Positions 1 through 10,238 of a stretch of DNA of 64,000 bases are shown here, one piece after another (the stretch's first letter is position 1; the number at the start of each line of letters is the position of its first letter). The position numbers and the translations under genes are program-made. Origin of the DNA: Patescibacteria group bacterium (GTDB taxonomy: Bacteria; Patescibacteriota; Patescibacteriia; UBA1558); the NCBI GenBank assembly GCA_016784445.1, contig JADHUR010000001.1:89128-153127 (forward strand), written 5' to 3'. Under the pieces are notes generated by a model that had not been told where the DNA came from, made no database searches, and worked only from the letters and a program-made list of their open reading frames with translations.

Positions 1-58
1 CTTGCTTGCAATTCTCGCAAACAAAATCTTCTTTTGTACGGGTAAATTTTCTAAACAT
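1..58 (-). CDS. RNHCP-domain (Zn-binding) protein, 5' part only (runs off window)
   Basis: Manual translation from ATG at 58 gives MFRKFTRTKEDFVCENCKQ, resembling the RNHCP family N-terminus (F..EdF.C..C). Confidence 0.65.
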   Translation of the reverse strand, partial: MFRKFTRTKEDFVCENCKQ

Positions 59-79
59 ATTATTTTTTAAATAGCAATT

Positions 80-916
80 CTATAAATTACCCGCATATTC
101 AATTAATTTAGATACCTGATCACGTAATCTAGATAATTTCTTTGCATCCATAATTTTTTCAAGCTTTGGTGGCATTTCCAATACATCCTGAATAGTTATA
201 ATACCATTATGTAATAAATAATTCTTAGTCTTCTTATCTATATTTAATATTGTCACAGGAAATACAGATTGATCTTGAATTAATCTCTCTAAACTATATT
301 GATCAGGATAACGCCAACCACTCATATTAATTCCCTTTGCTGCTGCATATCTTTTAGCATGATCTGAAAACTTTGTATTAACAACTAGCCATGCTCCTGT
401 AAAATTATATTTTGTAGTTTTCTTCTTAAATCCATCCTGTGTATCTTCAAGTCTTGCTTGAACACGCAATACCTCACCAAGGCCCGTATCATTATGGAAA
501 GAAAAATGATGCTTACACTCAATCAGCCATTGCTTATTACCTTTTGTAGCAATAACATCCACTTGATGTTCAACAGCTGCTCCTGGTACTATTTTATTCC
601 ATTCAGTTGTATAACCATAATATGAGAAAATCTTAGCAGTATATTTCTCCCATTCCTCAGGACTTAAATCTGCAAGTGATCTTCTAAGTGAATACACTTG
701 AGCAGTCGGATGCATACGTGCGCCTCTTAACTCTTTATATATTAAATCATAAATCTGATTTGTAGTTACTCTATTTGGCAATTTAGCTAAGACCGCAGTT
801 GCTACATCTTTAGCAATAGCATTACTTGCACCAGATCTTTGTACAGATCTTACTAGCTTCTTAAAACTAAATTGTCTTGTACTACCATCTGCTTTTACTA
901 TATATACTTGCTTCAT
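80..916 (-). CDS. ATP-cone domain fused to Mrr-like PD-(D/E)XK restriction endonuclease domain
   Basis: N-terminal 'IVKADGSTRQFSFKKLVRSV' is ATP-cone-like; 'EWEKYTAKIF..GY..QVDVIA..IECKH..LVVNTKFS..AKRYA' fits the Mrr catalytic fold. Confidence 0.8.
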   Translation of the reverse strand: MKQVYIVKADGSTRQFSFKKLVRSVQRSGASNAIAKDVATAVLAKLPNRVTTNQIYDLIYKELRGARMHPTAQVYSLRRSLADLSPEEWEKYTAKIFSYYGYTTEWNKIVPGAAVEHQVDVIATKGNKQWLIECKHHFSFHNDTGLGEVLRVQARLEDTQDGFKKKTTKYNFTGAWLVVNTKFSDHAKRYAAAKGINMSGWRYPDQYSLERLIQDQSVFPVTILNIDKKTKNYLLHNGIITIQDVLEMPPKLEKIMDAKKLSRLRDQVSKLIEYAGNL

Positions 917-918
917 AA

Positions 919-1956
919 TTATTGTATTAATTGTTTAGCTGCCCGCCAAAAACTATCTTCTCCATGATTAGTCTTAAGCCAATACCACCATTCTCCTCCC
1001 CAGAGATAAATGGTATCAAAGCCTATACGCTTTGCATATTTTATACTGTCTTTAAATCTATTCATATTCATACTCTTATATTGCTCTTCTAAAGATACAT
1101 CAATAATTGGTTTAGAAGTCCATGGTTCAAGCTGTAATTCAGATATAAACACTTCTCTTAATTGAGTAGTTTTATATAAAAGCTTTGCCTTAAGATTATA
1201 ATAGGCTGGAGGAAGTGGATATATAAAATCTCCATACAATGGATTCCAAACATATCTATAAATACTAGAACCAATAATTGGATTTAAATTTGCAGATTTC
1301 TTCCAAGTAGATAATTCTCCACTATCTGTAATAATTGTTGGTCTATTATCTAAACTTCTAACAAGTTCTAGTTTTTTAGTATAGAATTCATCTGTTGTCT
1401 TAGGACATTCTCCAAATACTGAAAGGAATGGTTCATTTTCTACCTGCCAAGCTATTATATTATCGTATTGCTTATAATGATTAACAGTAGCTTCAATCAT
1501 ACTAAGCTCTTCTGCCATTTGATCAGATCTTGGTAAGTCCTCAACCCATTCTGGTTGATGACATTCTGGCCAACGTGGCTGCCTTCTACCAACAACAAGT
1601 ACAACTTCCGCATTACTATACTCTGCCCTACGTATTAGCCAATCTAATTCCGTAAAATCATAAATCCCTTTACTTAATTCCAAACTATCCCAATATGCCA
1701 TTAATCTAAATTTCTTGATGCCCATATCATCTACAAGATCTACAAAGGCATCCTGCCAATTAATTCCTAATTCTTTTGCATATTTATGACTATATGTCAT
1801 ACCATACTCAATCTTATTACCCGTTGCAAAACTTAAAGAATATATAATTATTAAACTAATTAATAATATTAAAACAATTAAAAGAAGAATTAAATATCTT
1901 CTCTTTAATTTAATAATCTTTTTTCTTTGTACAAAATTTAAAAATCTTTTAAACAT
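919..1956 (-). CDS. Membrane-anchored clan GH-A glycoside hydrolase (GH5/GH42-like)
   Basis: N-terminal TM helix, acid/base motif WQVENEP, putative nucleophile ISELQ, YDFTELDW. Confidence 0.7.
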   Translation of the reverse strand: MFKRFLNFVQRKKIIKLKRRYLILLLIVLILLISLIIIYSLSFATGNKIEYGMTYSHKYAKELGINWQDAFVDLVDDMGIKKFRLMAYWDSLELSKGIYDFTELDWLIRRAEYSNAEVVLVVGRRQPRWPECHQPEWVEDLPRSDQMAEELSMIEATVNHYKQYDNIIAWQVENEPFLSVFGECPKTTDEFYTKKLELVRSLDNRPTIITDSGELSTWKKSANLNPIIGSSIYRYVWNPLYGDFIYPLPPAYYNLKAKLLYKTTQLREVFISELQLEPWTSKPIIDVSLEEQYKSMNMNRFKDSIKYAKRIGFDTIYLWGGEWWYWLKTNHGEDSFWRAAKQLIQ

Positions 1957-1959
1957 AGT

Positions 1960-2847
1960 CTAAACAATAAAAAACATTCCAATTGCTATTAATAATATAG
2001 CTACAATTTTTTGCACAATAACTTTTTTACTCAAATCTTCACCTAATAATTGCGGATGACTCTTGGCTAGCATAAATACTATTATGAATAAAAATACATA
2101 TTGAAGTCCCTGCAGAGCATTAACAAGGGTTACACTACCCATTGATATTGCCCAATTAATCATGATAAAAGATAAAGCTCCGGCACCTTGACCCAATATA
2201 AATGCTAGACCTACTCCCTTCTTAGCATTGCCCGTATTATGGAATATTGCTGTTCTTTGTTTCTTACTTAATAGAAATAATAAAGCTGCTATAAATGATC
2301 CTATTCTGATCCAAATAAAGCCTGAAATAAAATCTACATTATTAAATACAAACTTTGTTAAAACAAATGAAGATGCAAATAGAAATGAAGATATTACTGA
2401 AAGCCAAAACATCTTAGCTTGAGATTTGGTACTCTTTCCAGGTTGAATAGTAATTAATATTCCACCAATTAATATTAATCCAAAAGCAAGTAATTGATTT
2501 AATAATAATCTTTCATTAAGTAAAAAGAATGCTAATGCAAAAACAAATATTGGCTGCAAACCCCCAATAAGTGGAGTCACTCTAGATACCTCATCCTTAG
2601 CAAGGGCCATAAACATAAATAGCAAAGCAAGGGTAAATAATATACCAGCCAGCGAACTTATTAAAAACATATTGAATCCTATCCATGTAAATCCAAAGGG
2701 AGCCAAAACAAAAACAAATAATCCTAAGACTGTAATATAAAAAGTATATACCACTGGATTTGGTATATCTTTATTTAATAATGATTTATTAATAATAGAG
2801 GAAGCTCCATTCAATAAATATCCGATTGTAACAACAAGCATCCACAT
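1960..2847 (-). CDS. EamA/DMT family transporter
   Basis: About 10 hydrophobic helices in two repeats; 'LAFFLLNERL..QLLAFGLILIG'. Confidence 0.8.
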   Translation of the reverse strand: MWMLVVTIGYLLNGASSIINKSLLNKDIPNPVVYTFYITVLGLFVFVLAPFGFTWIGFNMFLISSLAGILFTLALLFMFMALAKDEVSRVTPLIGGLQPIFVFALAFFLLNERLLLNQLLAFGLILIGGILITIQPGKSTKSQAKMFWLSVISSFLFASSFVLTKFVFNNVDFISGFIWIRIGSFIAALLFLLSKKQRTAIFHNTGNAKKGVGLAFILGQGAGALSFIMINWAISMGSVTLVNALQGLQYVFLFIIVFMLAKSHPQLLGEDLSKKVIVQKIVAILLIAIGMFFIV

Positions 2848-2850
2848 ATA

Positions 2851-4188
2851 TTAGTCTTTAACAGTTATTTCACCTAAAGTAACATGACCCACAAATTTCA
2901 ATAAATCATGAGGTATGCCATTATGCTTGGCAATGCTTGCATAAACATGCGCAGACTCTCTAATGGTTCTTTTTTGAGTTTTAAAATCTACATTAATAAG
3001 TCCAAATCTTGCATCATAACCTTTTTCCCATTCCCAATTGTCCAGTAATGACCAATAAAAATATCCTTTAACTGGAGCACCAGCCTGTATTGCATGATAA
3101 AGCTCTTTAACATAAGAAACTATAAATCTACTACGCTTATTATCTTTCTCAACTGCAATACCATTTTCTGTAATATATATTGGTAGCTTATATTTAGACA
3201 TATCCATAACAACATCAAATATACCAGGAGGATATATTTCCCAACCTACATCTGATGCCTCTCTTCTTTCTTTTCTAATATCTGTAAAAAACTGAACATG
3301 TGAAAACTTTGCTTTAGCAATACGATAATGGAAATAATAATTAAGTCCTAAGAAATCATTACATCCTTTTGTGAGTCTCATAAACCAATGATTCCAAACA
3401 GAATCTATTGTCTGCATAAATGCTAAATCCACTAGTGAATGTTTATTATATATTTGATAAGAAGATACATTATTTGCAAAACCAACTTTCGCCTCAAACT
3501 TATCTGTATCTAATATATTATGAATAGAACGATAAGCTAAATTATGTGCTTTTGCCATATTACGAAAAACCTTTCGCATCTTAAGTGGTGCTTTCTCTTG
3601 CGGAGGCCAAACACCAGAAATATATCCTTGAGAAGCAAAAACAAGTGGTTCATTTATTGTTATCCAAAAATCTACTAAATCTCCCAATTCCTTAACCATC
3701 ATTAAAACATAGGACTGGAAAATCTCAGGAGCATCAGAAGATGTCCAACCACCCTCATTCACAAACCACATAGGATTAGTAAAATGATGAAGAGTAACAA
3801 ATGTTTGCAAGTTATTATCTTTAGCAGATTTCAATACATCTCTATAATGTTTAATTTCTCTTTCATCCCATTTATTATCTTCCGGCTCTACTCTGCTCCA
3901 CTCTATAGATAGACGATGAGCATTATGGTTCAAATCTTTAGCCATCTTAAAATCATCAGCATATCTATTATAATGATCCGCAGCCTCTCCAGATACTTGA
4001 TGATTGTCTGCCAGCCCCTCCTGTTCCCATGCCCACCAATCATTATTAATACAATTACCCTCAACTTGATGAGAAGATGTAGAAGAGCCCCACACAAAAT
4101 TTGGTGGGAATTTCAAAACAGCCTCATCATGAGACTCTTTTACTTGTTTTAATCTTGCTTTTTCTTTTTTATTATTTATAACTGACAT
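2851..4188 (-). CDS. Glycoside hydrolase family 1 (beta-glucosidase)
   Basis: FPPNFVWGSSTSSHQVEG, RLSIEWSR, catalytic TINEP and ITENG, WSLLDNWEW; start taken at MSVIN (ORF track start 4200). Confidence 0.92.
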   Translation of the reverse strand: MSVINNKKEKARLKQVKESHDEAVLKFPPNFVWGSSTSSHQVEGNCINNDWWAWEQEGLADNHQVSGEAADHYNRYADDFKMAKDLNHNAHRLSIEWSRVEPEDNKWDEREIKHYRDVLKSAKDNNLQTFVTLHHFTNPMWFVNEGGWTSSDAPEIFQSYVLMMVKELGDLVDFWITINEPLVFASQGYISGVWPPQEKAPLKMRKVFRNMAKAHNLAYRSIHNILDTDKFEAKVGFANNVSSYQIYNKHSLVDLAFMQTIDSVWNHWFMRLTKGCNDFLGLNYYFHYRIAKAKFSHVQFFTDIRKERREASDVGWEIYPPGIFDVVMDMSKYKLPIYITENGIAVEKDNKRSRFIVSYVKELYHAIQAGAPVKGYFYWSLLDNWEWEKGYDARFGLINVDFKTQKRTIRESAHVYASIAKHNGIPHDLLKFVGHVTLGEITVKD

Positions 4189-4190
4189 TA

Positions 4191-5096
4191 TTATAACCAT
4201 AGTGCAGCAGCGCCCATTGCGCCACCCTCACCTCTTAATTTAGTTTTTAAAACTGGTAATTTACCTGATCTTGGAGATAATATATTCTTTTGCATTGTAA
4301 TTTTTGCAGATTTAATGAATAGCTTATATGCCTCTGAAACTCCTCCACCCAAGACTATTATTTCTGGATCAAATATATTTACAATATTGGCGAGTCCAAA
4401 TCCAAGATAATGCCCAAGCTCTGCATATACTTTCATAGCCGCCTTTTTACCCGCCTCTGCTTCTTTCTGTATTGTTAATGCATGCTTTGGTGAACGTCTC
4501 TTTAGAAACTTTATTGATGCATATTGTTCAAGCTCACCTTTCTTTCTAGATCCTTCAACCCCATTAAAATTAATAATCATATGACCAATCTCACCAGCTG
4601 CTCCCCTATGTCCTGTAAGTAATTGCATCTTCTTTCCTTTTCTATATACTATTCCACCACCAACTCCAGTACCAAGTGACAATAGCACCATTGACTGTCT
4701 ATTCTTACCAGCACCCCATATCATTTCAGCCAGGGCCATACAATTAGTATCATTTTCAAGTCTTACTGGTAAATTAAATTTAGACTTTAATATATTAATA
4801 AAGTCTATGTTTTTAATTATTTGTAGATTTGGTGGAACTATAACCCTTTGCCTTTTCTCATCTAAAACTCCCGGAAGCCCAATGCCAATACCCTTTATCC
4901 TATACTTTGGATAATCTTTAATCAGAAGTTCAATATGTGCAATTAAAGTAGCTAAGAATTGACGAGATGTCTTAAAACTCTTAACCAGGTATTTATCATC
5001 TTCAATAATTTTACCTCTTTGCAATAGTACTAGCTTTACTTTTGTACCACCAATATCTATTCCAATAATGAGATCTTTTGTCTTTTTATTTACCAT
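4191..5096 (-). CDS. ROK family sugar kinase (glucokinase-like)
   Basis: IGIDIGGTK, ENDTNC, GTGVGGG, GEIGHM motifs. Confidence 0.9.
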   Translation of the reverse strand: MVNKKTKDLIIGIDIGGTKVKLVLLQRGKIIEDDKYLVKSFKTSRQFLATLIAHIELLIKDYPKYRIKGIGIGLPGVLDEKRQRVIVPPNLQIIKNIDFINILKSKFNLPVRLENDTNCMALAEMIWGAGKNRQSMVLLSLGTGVGGGIVYRKGKKMQLLTGHRGAAGEIGHMIINFNGVEGSRKKGELEQYASIKFLKRRSPKHALTIQKEAEAGKKAAMKVYAELGHYLGFGLANIVNIFDPEIIVLGGGVSEAYKLFIKSAKITMQKNILSPRSGKLPVLKTKLRGEGGAMGAAALWL

Positions 5097-5175
5097 AGTA
5101 TATATATTATACCATTTTATCTGTTAATTAAAAAACACCCCTTTAAACAATAAAGGGGCGCCTTAATATATACTT

Positions 5176-6387
5176 TTAACCAAACATTAGCAGCTCTGGC
5201 TTAAACAATAGTAGTAATCCAAGAATTAGAATAATAATACCACCAATAAGTTTTACATATAGAGAATACTTATTACTAATTCCAAATGCTTGCAATGTAA
5301 ACATGGCTATTAGGAATACTATAATATCATCTATCATGAAGATAATAATATACCAAATAAGGTAAGCGTAATAGCTAGCAGTTGGTAATTCTGACATTGT
5401 TAAAACTTGAGTATAGATTGCAGGAAAGCCTGCTGAACACATAAGCTCTATCAAATTAACAGCAGCAGCAAGTAGAATAATACCACCCATTGCTAACCAA
5501 AAGTTCTTCTTAATAACAATGTCTCGTAATTTATCAAAGATACGTTTTCTTTTTTCACTATCTTCTACAACACAACCTGTTTTCTGTCTCCACCATGCTC
5601 TCAAACTAAAGTATCCTGAACCAAGAGCTACTATACCAATAATCATACGTACAATACCTATCATTCCAACGAATAGGAAAAAGTTGAGCCATGCTGCCAT
5701 AAATAGAAAATATACAACTCCTGAAGCAATAATAAAGGCCAATCCTAATGCCCAGCGTCGTCTCTTATTCTCCATACCAAGTAATAATGTTATCAAGAAT
5801 AATAACACCCACATAGCACATGGATTAAATCCATCCAGGAAAGCGATAGCTGTTGTTAAACCGAGTAATGAAGTCTTACCAGCATCAATCTCTCCAAACA
5901 ATGGTAAGTCAATTGTATGGCCAAGTAATTTTTCATTAACCTTTTCTTCTTTGGGAGCCCTAGGTAAATAATTCTGTGCATTCAATTCCTCAATAACATC
6001 TATACAACCTTGTATCTCACATTGTTCAACCAGCTGTTCAATTTGTCTGCCGGTTGTTTCAGCAGATCCATATCCAGCTATATATTTATCCCCTATTACA
6101 ATAAAAGGAACACCGCCAATATTAGCATTTAAATACTTACCAACTTCTCCCATAAGTTTAGCATTCAATCTGTCATACCAAACTTCAAATCTTCTAATCT
6201 CAACATTAGGCTTTGTGGCTTCTAAATTATCTAAAAAAGGTTTAGCTTCTGCACAATGAGGACAACCATCTCCCCAAAAGTAGTTTATCTTTACTTCAGA
6301 AACAGTTGGCGCTGCTTCTACTGGCAAAGAGCTTAAAACAGTCACAAATAAAGCTAAAGCAAATACTAAAAATACTAACTTCTTCAT
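5176..6387 (-). CDS. Exported glutaredoxin-like domain fused to CcdA/DsbD-like transmembrane domain
   Basis: Signal peptide, CPHC, then TM region with DGFNPCAM and ELMCSAGFP cysteines. Confidence 0.75.
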   Translation of the reverse strand: MKKLVFLVFALALFVTVLSSLPVEAAPTVSEVKINYFWGDGCPHCAEAKPFLDNLEATKPNVEIRRFEVWYDRLNAKLMGEVGKYLNANIGGVPFIVIGDKYIAGYGSAETTGRQIEQLVEQCEIQGCIDVIEELNAQNYLPRAPKEEKVNEKLLGHTIDLPLFGEIDAGKTSLLGLTTAIAFLDGFNPCAMWVLLFLITLLLGMENKRRRWALGLAFIIASGVVYFLFMAAWLNFFLFVGMIGIVRMIIGIVALGSGYFSLRAWWRQKTGCVVEDSEKRKRIFDKLRDIVIKKNFWLAMGGIILLAAAVNLIELMCSAGFPAIYTQVLTMSELPTASYYAYLIWYIIIFMIDDIIVFLIAMFTLQAFGISNKYSLYVKLIGGIIILILGLLLLFKPELLMFG

Positions 6388-6390
6388 TTC

Positions 6391-6657
6391 TTATTTCTCC
6401 TTATATTTATTAATTAAATCTAAAATTTCTTCCTCAGAGATTTCACCTTGCTTACGATCAATCTCCTGTTCATTTTTATCTAAAATAATAACTGTTGGAT
6501 ATTCTGTAAGTTTATACTTATCAATCACTTCAGGAAACTCATCAATATCAAAATACTCAGTTATAAGCCATTCATTTTCTTTCTCTATTTTTTCCCAGCG
6601 TGGTCTCATGACTAAACATCCTGGACACCACACTGCACCAAATTTTAATACTTTCAT
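6391..6657 (-). CDS. Thioredoxin family protein
   Basis: FGAVWCPGC, cis-Pro motif YPT, 88 aa. Confidence 0.85.
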   Translation of the reverse strand: MKVLKFGAVWCPGCLVMRPRWEKIEKENEWLITEYFDIDEFPEVIDKYKLTEYPTVIILDKNEQEIDRKQGEISEEEILDLINKYKEK

Positions 6658-7727
6658 TATTTTTTCACAATCACAGTTTGTGTAGGGTAGGCAAATTCAA
6701 TGCCCTCCTTTTCAAACTGTTCTTTAATATTTAAATTTATTTGTTCTCTTGCCAGTAAGTACATATTATAATCTGCACTTTTGAAGTAAAATACAATGTC
6801 ATAATTTAAACTAAAATCAGCAAATTCTTTAAATGCACATCTATCATATCTACAATCCTTAATATCATTAATAATCTTCTCTATCATACCAGGAATCTTT
6901 TTAAGCTTATCATTACTTGTCTCATAAGCTACACCAATATTAATTTGAGTGCGTCTTTCTTTAATCTTACGGTAATTCTGTATCTGAGCATTTGTTAATT
7001 CTTTATTAGAAATAACAACTTCTTCACCCTGAACAGACAATATTCTAGTAGTCTTTATTCCAATTTTAGTAACGGTTCCCATTTTATCTCCAATAACAAT
7101 ATAATCACCAACCTTAAATGGTTGATCAATATATATTGCAAAAGAAGAAAATATATCCTCTAAAACATTCTGTAAGGCAAATGCAATAGCAATACCACCA
7201 ACTCCAAGTCCAGCAATAAGTGCTGTAACATCAAAACCTAAATTAGATATTACTAATATAAAACCTACGGTCCAAACAAGTATTTTAATTAATTTGCTAA
7301 ATAATCCAATCTTATGCAGGTCTGGTTCTTCATCTCCCTTTGTTATAGTTTTCTTCAAACCAAAATCTACTACAACTAATATTGATTTAATAATTTGCCA
7401 ACCAAAGATTATTACAAAGACATAATTTGCAATAGTATCTATCTTTTCACTAAGGATTAAATACTGCATAGCAATAAATGCAGACAATACTAAATAGAAA
7501 AGCCATTTAATCTTATTAAGCAATTCAATAATAGCATCGTCATAATCTGTATTAGTCTTCCTGGCTATTTTTTTAAGTCTTACAACAAGTATTAACTTAA
7601 AGGAACGAAAAATAATAATAGCAGCAATGAATATAGCAAGTGCTATACAATAATCTTGAATTGAGTTTCCCCAATACATAATACTTAAATAATCCATAAT
7701 AAACATTTTAATCAATAGTATATACAT
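6657..7727 (-). CDS. mscS: MscS small-conductance mechanosensitive channel
   Basis: LIAGLGVGGIAIAFALQ..DQPFKVGD..FAYPTQ; true start may be 7706 or 7697. Confidence 0.88.
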   Translation of the reverse strand: MYILLIKMFIMDYLSIMYWGNSIQDYCIALAIFIAAIIIFRSFKLILVVRLKKIARKTNTDYDDAIIELLNKIKWLFYLVLSAFIAMQYLILSEKIDTIANYVFVIIFGWQIIKSILVVVDFGLKKTITKGDEEPDLHKIGLFSKLIKILVWTVGFILVISNLGFDVTALIAGLGVGGIAIAFALQNVLEDIFSSFAIYIDQPFKVGDYIVIGDKMGTVTKIGIKTTRILSVQGEEVVISNKELTNAQIQNYRKIKERRTQINIGVAYETSNDKLKKIPGMIEKIINDIKDCRYDRCAFKEFADFSLNYDIVFYFKSADYNMYLLAREQINLNIKEQFEKEGIEFAYPTQTVIVKK

Positions 7728-7759
7728 TTTATAGTAAAAACTACTTTTTGACTAATAAA

Positions 7760-7795
7760 AATACCCGATTCTCAGCACAATGAGAATCGGGTATT
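7760..7795 (-). terminator. Intrinsic terminator after HU gene
   Basis: Perfect 15-bp stem AATACCCGATTCTCA/TGAGAATCGGGTATT followed by T-run on minus strand. Confidence 0.8.
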
Positions 7796-7815
7796 ATATA
7801 AAACGCTGTGTTTTA

Positions 7816-8106
7816 CTATTTAGCTAAATCTTTAACAGCCTTAGCTGGATAATATTTAACTTTTCTTTTAGCTGAAATGCTGATCTTTTCCTTTGTAATT
7901 GGATTAATGCCCATTCTAGCCTTACTTTCAAAAATTTTGAATTTACCAAAATCTTTAATAAAGACGTCCATACCACTCTGCATTTGAGTTTTGAATTCTT
8001 CGAACATCCATTCGATAATTTCAACACCCTCTTTTTTACTTACACTTTCGAATTTTTCAGACATCATTTGTCCTAAATCCTTTTTAGTGATTTTTGGATT
8101 TGCCAT
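7816..8106 (-). CDS. HU/IHF family DNA-binding protein
   Basis: KDFGKF..ARMGINPITKEKISISAK. Confidence 0.9.
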   Translation of the reverse strand: MANPKITKKDLGQMMSEKFESVSKKEGVEIIEWMFEEFKTQMQSGMDVFIKDFGKFKIFESKARMGINPITKEKISISAKRKVKYYPAKAVKDLAK

Positions 8107-8273
8107 AATTTTTTGCTTAATTATTAGTAAAATTTTTACTTAACTGGGTACTATTATACTGCAAATGATAAAAAAATAGCAATACATGCATACTTTTAAA
8201 AACTGTGCATAACTTTTATCAAAATATTTAGCTAATATTACACAAAAAACAGCCCTACTATTAATAGAGCTGT

Positions 8274-8531
8274 TTATTCACCTTCCGTGCATATTTTCAA
8301 GATTAACTCTCTTGAATAAAATCTTGGTAAATATCTTCCTGCACAGATACAGTATTTTTCATACTTTTCACCATGCCTTTTTCTTAGGAAATCCTCCTCA
8401 GCTAAGACTTCAACGTGATAATTATGAACTTTTGCTATGAAGTAGATTAGAGCAAACAAAGTTGTTTCAAACCTGAACCCTATTATACAAATAAGAATAA
8501 AGAATATAAATACTCCTATCTTCACTTCCAT
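8274..8531 (-). CDS. Small membrane protein; C-terminus resembles ICMT/PEMT methyltransferase tail
   Basis: EEDFLRKRHGEKYEKY..RYLPR; own promoter, G-rich RBS and terminator. Confidence 0.5.
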   Translation of the reverse strand: MEVKIGVFIFFILICIIGFRFETTLFALIYFIAKVHNYHVEVLAEEDFLRKRHGEKYEKYCICAGRYLPRFYSRELILKICTEGE

Positions 8532-8630
8532 ATTCCCCCCTTATTTGTTTGAATGTACTAGACTAGAACTTAACAAGTACATATTCTTTTGTCAAACAAA
8601 AAAGACTCAATTTTATTGAGCCTTTCAAGT

Positions 8631-8852
8631 TTAACTTTGTTCGTTCAATCTTTCAGATAATTCATATAGACGTTTATGCAATTCTGGATTTTTTGTAGAA
8701 TTAAGCAATGCAGTTAATCTACCTACACATGCTTCATCTTGCATAGCTGCCATTATTACTTCATCGGATGCATCTCGAACGATTTTTTCACCATGACTGG
8801 TTTTTAGATTACCATCAAACTTTAAATAATCAATAATCACATTACCCATCAT
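8631..8852 (-). CDS. Hypothetical microprotein
   Basis: AGGAGG RBS, upstream TTGACT-17-TAAATA, downstream hairpin. Confidence 0.6.
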   Translation of the reverse strand: MMGNVIIDYLKFDGNLKTSHGEKIVRDASDEVIMAAMQDEACVGRLTALLNSTKNPELHKRLYELSERLNEQS

Positions 8853-8948
8853 CAGTCCTCCTTATATATCTCTTATATAGTATTTAGCAAGAATAGTAAT
8901 TTAAGTCAAATAAAAAAAGACCTATATTAGGTCTATTGTTTAAAGAGC

Positions 8949-9022
8949 TGGCAGGGGCGGTAGGAATCGAACCCACGCAAGAGGTTTTGGAGACCCCTGT
9001 ACTACCACTATACGACGCCCCC
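8949..9022 (-). tRNA. tRNA-Trp (CCA)
   Basis: Cloverleaf GGGGGCG..GGGGT CT CCA AA ACCTC..GGTTCGATTCC..CGCCCCTGCCA; CCA end encoded. Confidence 0.95.
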
Positions 9023-9031
9023 ATTACTGCA

Positions 9032-9475
9032 TTATTCTTGAGCTGCCTGATCAACAGTTTCCTTTATCTCTTCAATAGATAGTTTAAACTTATCTATTAA
9101 TTCTGGAAACTTACCAAATATTAATTCATATTTATCTGTAACCTCTCCGGTTACTTCATCAAAGGTTGGTGTTCCACCTGTATACATTGTACCATCTGGA
9201 TCACCATATTCATTTAAATTCTGAGTAAGTAGCCAATTATCTATTTGCAGTTGAATATCCTTTGGCAGATTAGTAGCAAGTCCTTTAATATCATCTGCTG
9301 AATAATTCTTAATCTCATCAGTTATTCCAGAGACAACATCATCTGCAATATTCTGACCAATCTCTTGAATCTTCTCACCACTTCTCCATCCTTGCCACCA
9401 AGCATCAATTTGATCACCATAAAAATAGTTTACGGCAATAAGTGCTATAGCTAAGATAAAAAGCTTCTTTGTCAT
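9032..9475 (-). CDS. Hypothetical secreted or membrane-anchored protein
   Basis: N-terminal hydrophobic segment; conserved-looking LNEYGDPDGTMYTGGTPTFDEVTGE. Confidence 0.65.
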   Translation of the reverse strand: MTKKLFILAIALIAVNYFYGDQIDAWWQGWRSGEKIQEIGQNIADDVVSGITDEIKNYSADDIKGLATNLPKDIQLQIDNWLLTQNLNEYGDPDGTMYTGGTPTFDEVTGEVTDKYELIFGKFPELIDKFKLSIEEIKETVDQAAQE

Positions 9476-9476
9476 A

Positions 9477-9632
9477 TTATTTAGTCTCTTTATGAGGTGT
9501 GTGCTTCTTACAATGAGTACAGAATTTCTTTAATTCTAGTCTATCTTTAATCACCTTCTTATTCTTGCGACTGTGATAGTTAACTCTCTTACATTCAGTA
9601 CACTCTAATTTTATCATGTTATCCTGTGACAT
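9477..9632 (-). CDS. rpmG: 50S ribosomal protein L33 (Zn-ribbon form); absent from ORF track
   Basis: Manual translation [51 protein letters not shown]. Confidence 0.95.
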   Translation of the reverse strand: MSQDNMIKLECTECKRVNYHSRKNKKVIKDRLELKKFCTHCKKHTPHKETK

Positions 9633-9657
9633 ATCTTTATTATTCCTTAATTAAAAC

Positions 9658-9733
9658 TGGAGCCACCCGTCGGACTCGAACCGACGACCTGCGGTTTACA
9701 AAACCGATGCTCTACCAGCTGAGCTAGGGTGGC
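9658..9733 (-). tRNA. tRNA-Thr (UGU)
   Basis: GCCACCCTAGCTCAGCTGGTAGAGC..TT TGT AA..GGTTCGAGTCC..GGGTGGCTCCA. Confidence 0.95.
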
Positions 9734-9827
9734 TAAATTATGCCCCAATATAATAATATTTTATAGTATAAATGTCAATCCCTCCTACTGTAAATAGGAG
9801 GGATTTATGCATATATTCAATAAATAC

Positions 9828-10220
9828 CTATAAATTAGCTTCAGCTTTCCACAAACCATGTAAATTACAGTATTCTCTAGCAATTACATTACCTGTGAAA
9901 TCTAGCTCAAATTCAACTTCTGGAGTATCTCCTGGCTTCAAATACTTCTTATATATCTTATCCCCTGCAAATACCTCAATCCATTGAATATAGTGATCTT
10001 CTTCCATCGGATGTGCTACTTCACCAACTGTTACTTTAATACCGTTATCTGTTTTAGCTATAACGGGTACGTGTTTTTCTGTAGCTGCATCTTCTGTATT
10101 TTCTGCAAGTAAATTCATTGGTTTACCGCAGCAAACAAGTTCACCGCCACCAACATGATTTACTTCTACAATATTCCCACAAACAGGACATTTGTATACT
10201 TCACCAATTTCTTTAACCAT
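9828..10220 (-). CDS. dfx: Desulfoferrodoxin (2Fe superoxide reductase)
   Basis: [35 protein letters not shown]. Confidence 0.93.
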   Translation of the reverse strand: MVKEIGEVYKCPVCGNIVEVNHVGGGELVCCGKPMNLLAENTEDAATEKHVPVIAKTDNGIKVTVGEVAHPMEEDHYIQWIEVFAGDKIYKKYLKPGDTPEVEFELDFTGNVIAREYCNLHGLWKAEANL

Positions 10221-10238
10221 AGGTTTAAAATTATTTGA

